Translations under genes and position numbers: made by a program | Part shown: piece by piece, positions 14,228 through 26,983 of the stretch | Numbering within the stretch: position 1 is the stretch's first letter | How the letters are laid out: every line of letters begins with the position of its first letter | The notes under the pieces: generated by a model | The model's input: only the letters and a program-made list of their open reading frames with translations | What the model was told of the DNA's origin: nothing | Database searches by the model: none | Source: Paraphysomonas bandaiensis | Lineage: Eukaryota > Protista > Chrysophyceae | Length of the DNA: 64,000 nt | Direction of reading: 5' to 3' | NCBI GenBank assembly: GCA_965644295.1 | Contig: CBFFRP010000276.1 | Span: 62,001 to 126,000, forward strand

Positions 14228-15189
14228 AAGTCGATATGACATTAATGGAATATGAAGAACGTGGAATGTGTTGGTACTCCGTTGTCATATGATATGTATC
14301 ATATGTATATGCATTGGCACACCATATTAATCTCGGCATTTAAGTGTCGAAGGGTTTATAATCATGGTGAATTTTGTGATTATATATATCATTCAATGGT
14401 GCGGCATAATAATATATATTCAATTTAACAACAACCCCCTACAGTGCCTTTGTCAAACCTTGGACAGCGACAGTTTGAACCGTGTGAAAATGAATAATTC
14501 TACACTGTAATTTCCTAATAGATGCAGTATCGTCAACAAGGCATTGTTCCGAATACTATTTACTCCGTTGAACTAGAAAAGTAAAAAACCCATACTAGAG
14601 TAAACTCTAATCTCTTCAAATACGTATTTGACAAGGACAAAACAAGTTCGTTATTAATCCCTAAATGAGCTTCTGGGTTATATTTATTTTATATCCACTC
14701 TTCGTGGTGTTATAGACTATAGACATTCCAAGTGTACAGTGCATTGCTACGCTTAGCTGTCATAAAAAATTATCCTTAGCTGTCATAAAACTGTAGCTTT
14801 TCACTACACACTAAAGTTACAACCTTAATGTAGAGATGCAAAGTAGAATATTTTTTAATTCGAGTCTTAAATAAGGTTTCTTTACCTCTGTGCTGACCAG
14901 AAAAGTATCTACTCTATTTCTGATTATTTAGCTACTGCTATATCCACTTATTTATAGCTGTATATTTGACGCATTCGACACTTATACGACAACTTCTCCC
15001 AGATATGGATACTACACCCCTCTGATAGACTTCAGTACGTATTCCATTGAAATCGTACTTAACAAGGAGGGAGTAATAGGATATCTAACTTCGAGCCATT
15101 AGTTCATAGTAGTCAGAAAAGTGGGTCTGGTTGACCGGTTAATAGCTACAAAAACAGTACAGAAGTATGACTTGGATCTCTACTACCTT

Positions 15190-15660
15190 ACTACCCATCA
15201 AACCTATCTAGAGGATGCATAACATCCGTTCGATATCTTCTCTATTGTGAACATATCAGCTACGTTGGAGGGATGAAGGTGGTAGGTGATATATAGTATG
15301 GGGAATACATTGTACAATATGTACCATCATCTGTATTTGAATCAGATCTACTTCATAGGATCTTATAAACTGAGTGTGTAGAATGGTAGATGATGTGAAC
15401 AGTCCTGAGACACTGACAGGATAGTGGTCTATCTTAGAGCGGTGTGGCGTCACCTCCTGCACCCATTTAGGTGAGTATAGAGCTATGCTATGTCTGGATA
15501 GGTTGCAATAGATGTCAAAAGAAGATTTTCATATATGATAGTTGTAGTTCCGGAAACAGGTGAGAACCAGGTCTTTAGCCTACTACTAACGTAAATTCAC
15601 TCTTCAACTATAGAAACTCCTGCTTCTTGGGAAATAAGTGGATATCGGGTCCATATGATC
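15190..15660 (-). mobile_element. Heavily degraded Ty1/copia pol (RNase H region) relic
   Basis: Collinear, frame-broken peptides GP..I...KKQ, ELQL, IYCN....SIAL, HRSKIDHY, NVADMFT and LMG follow the copia RNase H motif order. Confidence 0.55.
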
Positions 15661-16142
15661 TCATTACCAGCTGCTCATACTATACAATGATGACATTAGA
15701 GTATAATCTTAGCATACATGACAGCGTAGAATAAAGTATTGTAGTGAGTACAATGGAGCTCACAAGTGATGTGACAGATGATACATCTCTCTTCGACAAA
15801 CTGGATAAGAATCTTAGAGATACAACCAACAAGAATAACTCCAGATGTTAGAAAAGAGTATTCAATCACTCTATCATCGGCCAGAACGATAACTTTTCGA
15901 TATATGTATCTGGTAGAGTAGATCGTTGATATCTAGTTACGTACTGTAGATATGTGTGAGTGTCGACCTGGAGGACGAGGAATTTGTCGACCGAGAAAAA
16001 ATCCTAGGTTTTCAGTTGTATACTGCTTTTTGTTGATCAGTATCTGTATACTGTATTCTCGTACAACAACAAAACGGCGATTTTATTGCCTGGTTGACTT
16101 TACCCCACTCACAGAAATGCACAGTTTACGGTAGTATGTACA

Positions 16143-16537
16143 ATGTATGTATGTATGTATGTATGTATGTATGCATGTATGTATGTATGTATGTATGTAT
16201 GTATGTATGTATGTATGTATGTATGTATGTATGTATGTATGTATGTATGTATGTATGTATGTATGTATGTATGTATGTATGTATGTATGTATGTATGTAT
16301 GTATGTATGTATGTATGTATGTATGTATGTATGTATGTATGTATGTATGTATGTATGTATGTATGTATGTATGTATGTATGTATGTATGTATGTATGTAT
16401 GTATGTATGTATGTATGTATGTATGTATGTATGTATGTATGTATGTATGTATGTATGTATGTATGTATGTATGTATGTATGTATGTATGTATGTATGTAT
16501 GTATGTATGTATGTATGTATGTATGTATGTATGTATG

Positions 16538-16571
<34 letters not shown>

Positions 16572-16803
16572 TGTATGTATGTATGTATGTATGTATGTAT
16601 GTATGTATGTATGTATGTATGTATGTATGTATGTATGTATGTATGTATGTATGTATGTATGTATGTATGTATGTATGTATGTATGTATGTATGTATGTAT
16701 GAATGTATGTATGTATGTATGTATGTATGTATGTATGTATGTATGTATGTATGTATGTATGTATGTATGTATGTATGTATGTATGTATGTATGTATGCAT
16801 GTA
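16143..16803. repeat. (TATG)n microsatellite, ~660 bp, near perfect
   Basis: Read directly. It produces the spurious MYVC/HTYI ORFs. Confidence 0.98.
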
Positions 16804-16888
16804 TCAATCTGGTGGTATGGTTTCTTTAGTTGTTAGCTCCTAGTGTCATTAATCACAGTGTTGAGATATAGCATATAACTCTGTCATA

Positions 16889-18098
16889 ATGTGTGATAGA
16901 ACAATTGAATTTCGTCAATGTGTTGCTGGTCTATCTCAAGCTCCTCAAGGACCTCAGGTAAGATATATTACACCCATACAATACATACATCTATATATAT
17001 AACATATACTGTATTTAATTATAAGGGTACACGTAAATCACTTGAAATACCTTCAACAAAATCAGCATTTCAAGAAACTACAGCAGATATTGCAATAGGA
17101 ATACATCGTACAACTGAAACATTAGCTGAATTAACTAAACTGGTTCGTCGACAAGGATTATTTGATGACCCAACAGAGAAAATTAATAATTTAATTGTAC
17201 GTATTAAAGAAGATATCAGTTCATTAAATGCGAAATGTGATGCAGCACAATCATTTGTTGAAAGTTCAAAGAAATCAAGTGGTGCCAAAAATCAAGCTGC
17301 TAATCACAAGTCGAATGTTGTAACTTCATTGAAAGGGGAATTGATGAATGCAACACAAGGGTTTAAATCTGCTCTCGAATTGCGGTCGGATAAAATGAAA
17401 ACTCAACAAGAAAGAAAGTTGAAATTGACTGGGAGTAGTGCACTTTCACCAATGCACAAAGCCGCTGGTAGCGTTCATAACAATGGTATGCTAAATGGCA
17501 TTGGTGGCGGGACGGCAGATATGAAGCCAATGATGATGTCAAGTCCCTATGATATGGGAAGCATGAGGCGAAGAGGAAATGGGGAGGATGCTGCCCAAAT
17601 GCAACAGCAGATGTTGATACAGCCTCCAAGCGAGGTGCAATATTATGAACAAAGGCAGGAAGCCGTTGGTGAGGTGGAAAGAACAATAGGTATGATCAGT
17701 ATATGATTGCATATAATATACTTGTACTCCACATATCATGACGAGTATTCTATTATGAACTTAATGTCAACGTGCCGTGTTTCCTAAACTGGTTCCTGAC
17801 ATCGTAGTAACATGTCCAGCAATAGTATACTACCATTTGTAGCACTTCAATTATAAAAGGTATTCACACAGGTGAGCTGGGCCAACTATTCAAGCGACTC
17901 TCGACAATGATTTCCCAGCAGCAAGAGCTTGTGGAGCGTGTTGACGAAGATATTGAATCTGCTGTTTTTTCTGCTGATCAGGCTCAGAGTGCTTTGATGA
18001 AGACCTACGAAAGTGTGTCAAGCAATAAAGGGATGTACATGAAAATATCAGCTATTATGCTTATTTTCATTATTTTCTTTGTGTTATTCATGATGTAG
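16889..18098 (+). CDS. STX5: Syntaxin-5/Sed5 Qa-SNARE, 3 exons
   Basis: N-peptide MCDRTIEF in exon 16889-16957 (missed by the ORF track). Habc region with L..L.RRQGLFDD. SNARE motif VERTIG|ELGQLFKRLSTMISQQQELVERVD. C-terminal TM anchor. Confidence 0.9.
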
Positions 18099-18424
18099 CG
18101 TCTATTGTATCTAGGTGTTATGCTAGGATGAATTTTTCAAAAAGCCGTAACATGTCAGTTCAACATATTCTGGACAAGTGTTGTAAGCTAATAGAATGTA
18201 TCACTATGTATTACCCATTTATCTAGTTATTTGGTATCACTTCTTTTCTGTATTCTTACACTTGTACATAATTTAGTTTGAAAAAGTACTATTTCATATT
18301 ATTGGACATATGAAACATTGTCTAGAGTGTAGAGGATGTGATGAAGATAATAGGACACGAGAATTCTGATATCATTTGGGTTAACTCGCTCACTAGTAGC
18401 ATACTGTTTCGTCCCATATATCTT

Positions 18425-18505
18425 TAAATTGTAGCTTATCCTCATGAAACTGAAAGCCTAATATATATCTAGAATGTATAGTTAGTTGTAGCTTGCTCGC
18501 TGTTA
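18425..18505 (+). repeat. Dispersed repeat fragment homologous to 48310-48390
   Basis: taaattgtagcttatc..catga...tgaaa...taatat...taga.tgtatag...ttgtagc.tgct.gctgt is shared by both sites. Confidence 0.7.
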
Positions 18506-18510
18506 AATAC

Positions 18511-18692
18511 CCTGGATGCCCTTGAGGTGGGCCCATTCCCGGATGCCTGTTTACCGTTAACTCGTCAAGAGGCCCAAAGATGTCTACTCAAGTGACACAT
18601 TTTAGTGTCCCTCTTGTACCACACAAACATTAGGCTATGAGGGCAGATCGTAATCTGCTGACTATATATTATGCGGCTCACGTTAGTTTCCA
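18511..18692 (+). repeat. Dispersed ~180 bp repeat, homologous to 34688-34972 (reverse strand)
   Basis: ggatgccctt.aggtg.gccca...ttagtgtccct...accacacaa.catt.ggctatgag...atctgctgactatatat...gcggc.ca.gttagtttcc is shared. Confidence 0.8.
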
Positions 18693-19084
18693 AATTATAT
18701 AAACGGCATCAGAGGTGCGACTTTTGAAACTCCAGCACAATTTTAAACTATAGTTTTGAAGTCCAGGTTTAGAAGATATTTCTCTTGTTTGCACACTGTC
18801 ATCATACTGATATTCTACATCACGCTAATAATGCAATATAATATCATAGCTAAGATAGAAAAGAGCTTCAGTTCAAGCCAAATATCGAAGTTGCATGTCT
18901 ATATTAGGCCGGTGCTAGTGTGAGCGTTCTGTTGAACCCAATGGTCTAAAAATAATACGAAATCATTAAAATTATAATCAATTCATTTGTATTTGCTACT
19001 ATTATACTCTCTCAAATCTCAACTCCCAAGCAACACACAGTCAATATATTTCAGTTTCACTGCATAATTTATATTATATCATTA

Positions 19085-19117
19085 CAACCGTTCTCATGTA
19101 ATAATCAGATTTTCTTA
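19085..19117 (+). mobile_element. 33-bp extreme 3' fragment of the non-LTR element family, with 15-bp TSD
   Basis: ccgttctcatgtaataatcagattttctta matches the tail of 53553-53800. TATATTATATCATTA occurs at 19070-19084 and 19118-19132. Confidence 0.8.
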
Positions 19118-19671
19118 TATATTATATCATTAGTTAGTTCATGTAATACTGTTATTTATAATAAATAATAACCACTACCACTGTATTCTTCACGTAACGG
19201 TCATAATTCTAACGCCTTAGAAATACAGGATTTAATTGCTAACAAACAGCAAAACTCAATATAGCAGTCAAATTCACTACATTAGATATAAGATATCACT
19301 GTTATGATTTACAAATTTTCGCTACTTATCTGAGAAGAACTCAGAACATATTAAAGTAAAATCAAAAAAGGTGCTACTGTACCGAAGAGAAGTGACATTC
19401 TCAGTGTTATGATACACAGATGCTAACCATTAGTTTCTTATCACAAAAACTAAATCATGTTTAATATAAACCCTAAACAGTGAGTGCTTCACATTTAAGT
19501 TTGGGAGCCTACTTCATACGTAACTACGGCTCAGCCGCCTTGGTCGCGGAGTATGAAAGAAAAATTTATGCTCTGTTAGAAATCACGTTGCATTTTTACA
19601 TCATTGCTAAAAGTAATAATACACAAACAACACATTATTCAGCTACACATAAAAACAACTGCTGCACAATG

Positions 19672-22600
19672 TTACTTCTCTTTCTGACGAATCGTATACG
19701 TTCTTCGTATTTTCATTGGTACACTGTCGCCAGGACACTCAGCCAACATAGTGGCTATATTATTCAAAGTCAATCCATGGACAGAACTCCCGTTTATTTC
19801 AAGCAACACATCGCCAGCTTTCAGTATTCCGTCTGCTTTGCATACTGGCTTAAAGCCATGTACATAAAATCCCTGGCCAGTGGTCCCATTGATATTTTTG
19901 ATCAAAACACGCAGCGCCCCGTCAGTCCGAGGGACTGTTATATCTATATCATCTGTTACATTTTCCACACGAGGAGACCCCGATGCCGCACTGGCCTCAT
20001 CAACTAAATCAGTGATCTCTCCACTAATACCAGACCCTAGACTAGATGTCACTGAGAATCCAGATTCGCCTATTCTAAGCTCCTCGCTTGACTGGCTGTC
20101 TATCGCGATATCATCCCACTGCATGTTGATGATCGCATCCAGACCATCTTGAGCTCCTCTGGGAGAAGTTGAATCGCTCCCACCACGTGGAGAAAAATAG
20201 GGGGCATATTTGAGAAGCTCTGACAACTCGTCACGACGGCGAATAAGCATCGTGACGTAATCATCTTTGTTATTTACTAACACGGCAACAACATCTTCCA
20301 ACGATCCACCAGATACATCCACACCATCTACTTCCAACAACTCGTCTCCTACTTTAAGCAACCCCTGAGTTTCCGCCTTACTGAAAGGTCTGAATCCGTG
20401 AACAAATACTCCGTGGAATTCGCCATCATCATCATGACGAAGCTGAACTCTTAATTGGTTATTAGTTTTCGGAACTCGGAATGTCATATCTTGAGCAGGT
20501 AATTTTAAGAGGTCCGAAAAATCCGGGAATACTTCTGGTTGGCTAGCATGCTCGGATATGATAAAAGCCCGAGGTGACGATTTGGTCGAGGCAGGCTTGC
20601 TCCTGGGAGACCAATTGCTTCGGGGCGACAAATTACTTGTGAGTTCCTTCCTGCGTCTAATAAGAATGCGGACAAACTCATCATTGTGATCAACTAGTGC
20701 CGAAATCACTGCTTCCAACTGCTGTCCCTTAACATCTATGTCATTCACCTCTAATACTTCATCTCCTACCCTCAGGAGACCCTGCTCTTCAGCACGGCTG
20801 TATGATTTAAAACCGTGTATAAAGAGGCCACTATACTCGCCGTCATCATCATGCCGAATCAAAATGCGCAATAAGTTATTTGTTTTGGGCACATTGAACA
20901 AGAAGTCCTCGTATGGGAGCTGAAATATGTCGCTGAGGCTGGGAAAATGAGTAGGTTGCTCTACATCCTCTGATATATTAAACATTACAGGAGAGGGTAA
21001 AGCATCAAGTTGCTTCTTCTCTTGCACCGCCTTAAACCTTTCCAAGCGCTGCAATTCGAGAGAAAGACTAGCATCAACATTCCCTGCCGAAGATAGAGGT
21101 CTTTCCCTCGCACTGTCGGTGTACTCTGCGATAACCAAGGACTCCTTCACAACAGCTGCTAAAATCATATCTCCAACAACACTGTCCATATATAATTCCA
21201 TGACAGTCTCTAGCACAGTATCTTCGTATTCAAAATCATACTCGTTCTGCATACTTTGTGAAGTAGTTGATCGGGCAGACAAGCGTGCAGATGGATGTGG
21301 GGACGGGCTAGAACTGAGCTCATCAGCGCTGATGGTAGATAACAACGAATCTATAAATAAATCGCCTACTACATCAGTAACAATGTCAGCGGATACCTCT
21401 GACATTTCATCCACGTAATACTCCTCGTCGTCATTACCGTCGTATAAGAATCCAATACTCTCATCATCATTGTCTACATTCTCCTCGTTATTGACATCCA
21501 TACCCGGCCTTTCAGTTTCAAAAGTTTGAGCTAACTCCGTAGCAATATCATCAGTTCTCGTTTGTGCAGTGGTTGTATCGTACACTGATTCAGCCACATT
21601 GTCCACTAACTGTACACCCGTTTCGCCAGTATATGGATCCTCAGAATAATCAGATGGACAGGTAGCGGCATCGGTTGTCACCACGTTACTTTCAGTGTGA
21701 GATGACAGATAGGCACTTTGGTTAGAATCACTGTACGTATTAGCATCAGCTATAGGCGCCTCAATTGTATTGATATCTTTAGAAGAATCAGTCGTATCTG
21801 CCCCAACCAGTATTGGTGCATTGTCAGCGTCTTCAATATCAAGACTACTACCACCCACAACAGGTGTGGGGTCTGCATCACAAGGTGCTTCCCATGGACA
21901 GGATTGTGCATTTTCATTTTCTTCAGCCAACAGGGCGGCCGCAAACTCATCAAAATCACCTTCACCAGCTTTATGCAGAGGGGCCAAAATAATATCGGAT
22001 GATGGATCAGGAAATGTGGGCTTCAGATGTGACAGGCCTGATACAAAGAACACAGTAAAGAAACTACACTGTACAAAATACATTGCATGGTACACACTTG
22101 CGTTCAGCACAGCTATATTTCAAGGCGTAGAGAATACAACAGTAATACACAGCAGAAGCACTAATATAAATATACTCGCAAATAGTACGGCACACAGTAA
22201 AAAAGTATACATCAAGTCCATATCACTGCAGACAGTATTCTGACCTTCCGTGTCAACAGATGATGACCTCGGCATACGACTTTCTCTCCGCTTCCTTTTT
22301 ACGGCTGTATCTACCTTACCTACCTCCTCGTCCACCTTCACGGCCGTTGTGCTCGCACATCGTTCAAGTGTTGGCGATTTCGGTCCAATTGATTCACTTC
22401 TAGCAGTTTTTATTCGATGACTCATCGAACGAGCATCGATTGGTATGTGAAGTTTGCTTACGCTTCGTTCAAGTGCAGGAAGACTCTTAGTTTTCTGCAA
22501 CAGATCATCCCTCGCCGCTTGTCTTGCCAACTGCTCCTCCCTTTCCTTCTCCATCTGTCTCTCCTTCTTGATCTCTAGAACCCTCATCGAGAGCTCGTCA

Positions 22601-23490
22601 GTTGATTGTTCTAATAGCTCCCGCCTCAACATTTCGCTCTCCATTCGACGGATTTCATGCAACTCTGCCTCCACGTCCTTGGTTTTGAATTCTTTCTCTA
22701 GTGCCAGAGTCCTTTCTCGTTCTTTGGTGTAGCTCACAGCTTCTTGTTCCATTCGGCGTTTAAATTCGGATATAAACTCGTTCGATGTATCAGAATGTTC
22801 ATCTGAAGCATTTTTACTCTTTGGAAAGCATGATATTGGCTTTCTGGGGGGAGGTAACGACCCCCTCAACAAGGGATCATCGACGAGTAAACTATGCATA
22901 TAATCCGCCTCATAGTCAAATAGAGCCATATCTCGCGACACCTTTTCCATATTTATATCGAATTCCAGATTATTGACATTAAGAATGCGTATAAATTGTT
23001 TCTTTGAAATGGACAATGGAACATGTGGAAGCTTTTTTGCATTTAACTTCCAGGAAGTCTTCAGATCACGCCATTTGCTCTTCTTACTTTGTTTTCTGAT
23101 ATGCTTAAAAGTGGTATGTAATATTAACATCAATTCATATTCTTTTTCAATAATACGATTATCAACAACTCGTGTATATAATGACATTAATAATTCAGTT
23201 TGATCAGACCATAAACCCATTTCTACAGTTAATGATATCCCCCAATTATATCTTTGAAAATCATCCACACGTCTATTACCATATGCTCGTTTCTCATGCA
23301 TTCTTGTATTATTATAATGTATTGCCATACGATTAGCAACATTCTCTGCATTTGATTTATATTGTTCAGGTAATACAGATCGCATATTCTCAATATCAAA
23401 GTCAATGACACTGTTTTCTATACCTCGTACTGGATTATGTGGTATATAAAACGTACAATTCGTGGTCCCAGATGGCCAAATGGTATTCAT
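19672..23490 (-). CDS. Large protein with unrecognised N-terminal domain, coiled coil, acidic linker and three C-terminal PDZ domains
   Basis: ORFs 22120-23490 and 19672-22110 join in frame through a GT-AG intron at about 22038-22224. Three PDZ signatures G.F.HGF.....A...G.L..GD..LE(V/I)(N/D). Confidence 0.8.
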
Positions 23491-24251
23491 TTTTATAGTT
23501 GTTATATACGAATTATCAATCTATTGAATTAATGTGCGTTTCTCTTATATAAACATCTCACTCTATGTATGTATATATATGTGAGTTAACATCTCGCTAT
23601 ATATACATACATACATACATACATACAGCTCTACTCTATACCGTATACACATATATGGACATACCGTACAGCTACAGAGTTGTACACTGCTGTGTTGCTA
23701 TACTGGTATATGAGCGATATGTGTCAGTTTTATATTCACCTATCTATGAAAACCCAGTACTGTCCTAGAAACTATTGGATTTTGATATTGATAAAAGTGA
23801 AAATGCTATTGAAAAGTAATAAAAACTGTGGTTTTATAGGTTTGAGTAAATAATAATTTGGTATTCTATATAAAAATATTGGGGTTTTGATGGTTTGATG
23901 TACGACATGACTGACGTGTGTGTGGTACTCGTGTACATACAGCAGTCATACAGACGGTCCATGAAAGGACACAGGCATGCCCTGGGACTGTATGTATGTA
24001 TAGCGGTATATATCTACTCTATGTACACACCAGTACACAGTCTACCATACCATACACACCAGTATATACTCCTGTATATAAATCCAAACCTTCTCGATCA
24101 TTTTTCCATATGCACAACTCGCTCTACTCTCAACTATATCCACCATATACACATACATACACATCCACTTAAAACAATCCATCCAACTATTCTATCTATT
24201 CATTCATTTCATTCATTCATTCATTTCATTTCATTCAAACACTATCCCATT

Positions 24252-25569
24252 ATGCATATATTCAGAGATATCCTTCTATTACAATTCCTTTCTACTACTG
24301 TATGGTGTATCTCATTAAATGATATATTAAGTCATACAAATACTTATACAGAAGATGATTGTATTCATATACTTCAGAATACATCATTTGATACAACATT
24401 AATTACTGCTAAATTATTTGGACAAGCTATGACAAAAGGCTATTGGAAATGTGCGAATGCAATTGCAACTATTGCTAATGATGCAAATATTGATATACGT
24501 TCAGTATTTGATATGGAAACAAGAGTTATTAATAAAGAAATAGCAGCTTTAAAAGCTAATATAGAAAGTAGTCTCCCGATGAGTTCTATTAACCCGGCCT
24601 TTCAATGGGCCCAAAGTGGGAATGAAGTATTCATCAACGTTAAATTCGCGCATAAATTAGATGCTCCTGCTACACTTAATGTGGAGGCACATAATGTTTC
24701 TATTGACACTACAGGGTTAGTGTTGAGAGCATCTGATGGCAGAAAAATGTTCAATTTAGACATTGAATTGTAAGTATTCAAAATGAAATGTTCATCTATA
24801 CATATCCGTCATCGTATGAAACTTTTGTAACCTTGTTATACTATAGTTTGAAGGAGATTGTACCAGAAAACAGTACGTGGTCAATGGCGTCAGTGGGTAG
24901 AATGACGCTGACTTTACAAAAGAAGAATGGACCGTTGAAGTGGTCAAGACTGACGAAAGGCCGCAAGAAGCCCAACAATATTCACTTTTGGTGGGAACTG
25001 CATGACAAATACGCATCAGAACTAGAGAACCTGGGTAAGCTTTTACTTTTTAGGTGCCAATTATATATTATGTTATCTAAAGCAGATCTGTGTTCCCGGT
25101 ATATGTAAGGTGTATAACTGGATATAATGTAGGTGATGAGGATGATGAATCTGAAGAAGATACAGATAAATCTTCCCCTAGCAAAACTTCGGACAATTCG
25201 ACTTCTGAAGCGTCAGAAGCAAAGTCAGAGGGAAAAAATGAAGTCAAAAAGAAACCAAGGAAGGTGAAGAAGAAGCGTGACCGAACTCCTGAAGAAGAGA
25301 TGTATCATAAAGAAAAGCAAAAGTTGACGAAGGAAATGAAACAGAAAATAGCTGAAATCGAGGCTGACGTTGCTGAGCGGAAGCAAGTTATTGATACCAA
25401 AGCAAGTGAGGAGAAGAGTGCGATTGATGATGATGCTACGATTAAAAAGAACGCAATCAAAGACGAGTATGCCTTAAAAATCAAGGATGCCGAAGCACTG
25501 CTAGGCTTGCATGCTCCGGAGGTTAAAAACGTTGATAGTTCTACTGATTCTGGAAATAGCGAGCTATAA
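24252..25569 (+). CDS. Secretory-pathway CS (p23/HSP20-like) domain protein with ER-retention-like end, 3 exons
   Basis: Signal-peptide-like N-terminus. AFQWAQS..EVF.NVKFAHKLDAP and GR...TL.K.....W..L motifs. Terminal NSEL*. Confidence 0.75.
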
Positions 25570-25744
25570 ATTGTAGTGTACTTACCAGTTTATATGGAAT
25601 CTCTCTGTACTAGCTGATGTGAAGTGCATTTTTCTAGTAATGCTAAAAGAGTCATGTCTTGTATTCTCTACTTTTAACATCAAGTTTGTTACACTCAGTA
25701 ATTTAATTACACCATCCCAATGTCAGTATCGGATAGTTCGTGGT

Positions 25745-26384
25745 GCAACGCCGTGAACATTGTTCAAAATGCAGATTTCGAGAGAGCAGCAGTCAAAATT
25801 CAGCGTGGTATGGAAGAAGAACTGAACCGCGCTGAAAAAGCACAGGTGCGACGCTTTTTGATAAATGATGTACCTACACTCAATGAAGAGAAAGATGAGG
25901 AGGAGGAAGACGAGGCCATTTGTTTACCTAAAGACAACCGAAAGCGCTAAAAAGGCAACCGAATATCGTTGCCAAACTGCCAACACGATATCGTTGCATG
26001 TTGCATGAATATTAGAATATGGATTATATTCTAGTATCTTCAGTATATATTGAGCTCGACACCCCTATACCCTGAGGTATTTGAGATTTGGAGCAACACC
26101 CGTAAGAAATTAAATTGGAGACATATAGCCCTTTTTTGTCTTCGTTGGCATATATGCATCCAACCAGAACTGCGGTGGCAATCCTGACTGGATCAACATG
26201 GCTACAGTCCGGAACTTTCATCTCTGGAGAGTCCGTTGAGCTCTATGTATGACTTTAGGTACTGTCGAAGCTCATCACTGATCAACTCCCCTGCTCTGTC
26301 CGCATGATAGTGCTTCATAATTGCAATTATTATTGTTGGACATCTGTCACCAATTAATTGCCAATTAATAGTTACGCAAGCCTG
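25745..26384 (+). mobile_element. hAT-like DNA transposon relic (transposase C-terminal fragment plus terminal sequence)
   Basis: 25768-25955 is homologous to about 63375-63575 on the reverse strand. The element ends in TTACGCAAGCCTG, identical to the terminus at 63038. Confidence 0.75.
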
Positions 26385-26983
26385 ATGACCACAATACTTG
26401 TAACTATGGTACGAGTGTGAAACCGATTATAATTTAGTCAGCTTTTAATTGTCACCACCATGCGGATGAGAGGGACCCAGATGTGATCCCAAAAAAAGAA
26501 AATTGAGAGGGAATTAAGGAAGTGCATAGGGGTCCTAAGGGAGAATTCCTCTCCAAAAGGGATGAAGATAATTTTGTTCCTCTTACTTTGCCACAATAGA
26601 AAACAATAATAAGTTGTACATATAAAATAACCCTCTCCTCATCCCGTTTTTGAACATCTGCTCTCATTAACATCTGTTTACCATATGCTCATCAGTATAT
26701 ACGTATATCCTATGTTTTAAATGTCTTCTATAAACACAATACATCAATAATCAGAAGCTGGGCTTACTTCCTCTATCTGAACCCGCTCTTACTACGGTTG
26801 GTTTCACCTGCAGCACCGCAGAATTTCAGTAAAGTAAATCGAACAACATCAACCACTGAAGGCATTTTGTGTCACATATATTTTTCGCTTAAAGTACACA
26901 CCTTGGAAACGACTAAAATAACTTTTTCTAAACTATTCTCAACCTGAACCCCTTGATAAGCTAAGAATCATTCATTTCTACAT

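Noticed and set aside
14752-14790. CTTAGCTGTCATAAAA direct repeat
   Set aside because: Simple local duplication with a 7-bp spacer and no link to other elements.
16094-16836. Long MYVC/HTYI ORFs (also at 45975-46354, 7499-7717 and 37002-37314)
   Set aside because: They are translations of TATG/TA microsatellites, which lack stop codons.
26465-26670. Possible inverted-repeat element (atgagag..cagatgt / acatctgctctcat)
   Set aside because: The matches are short and interrupted, with no second copy or TSD.
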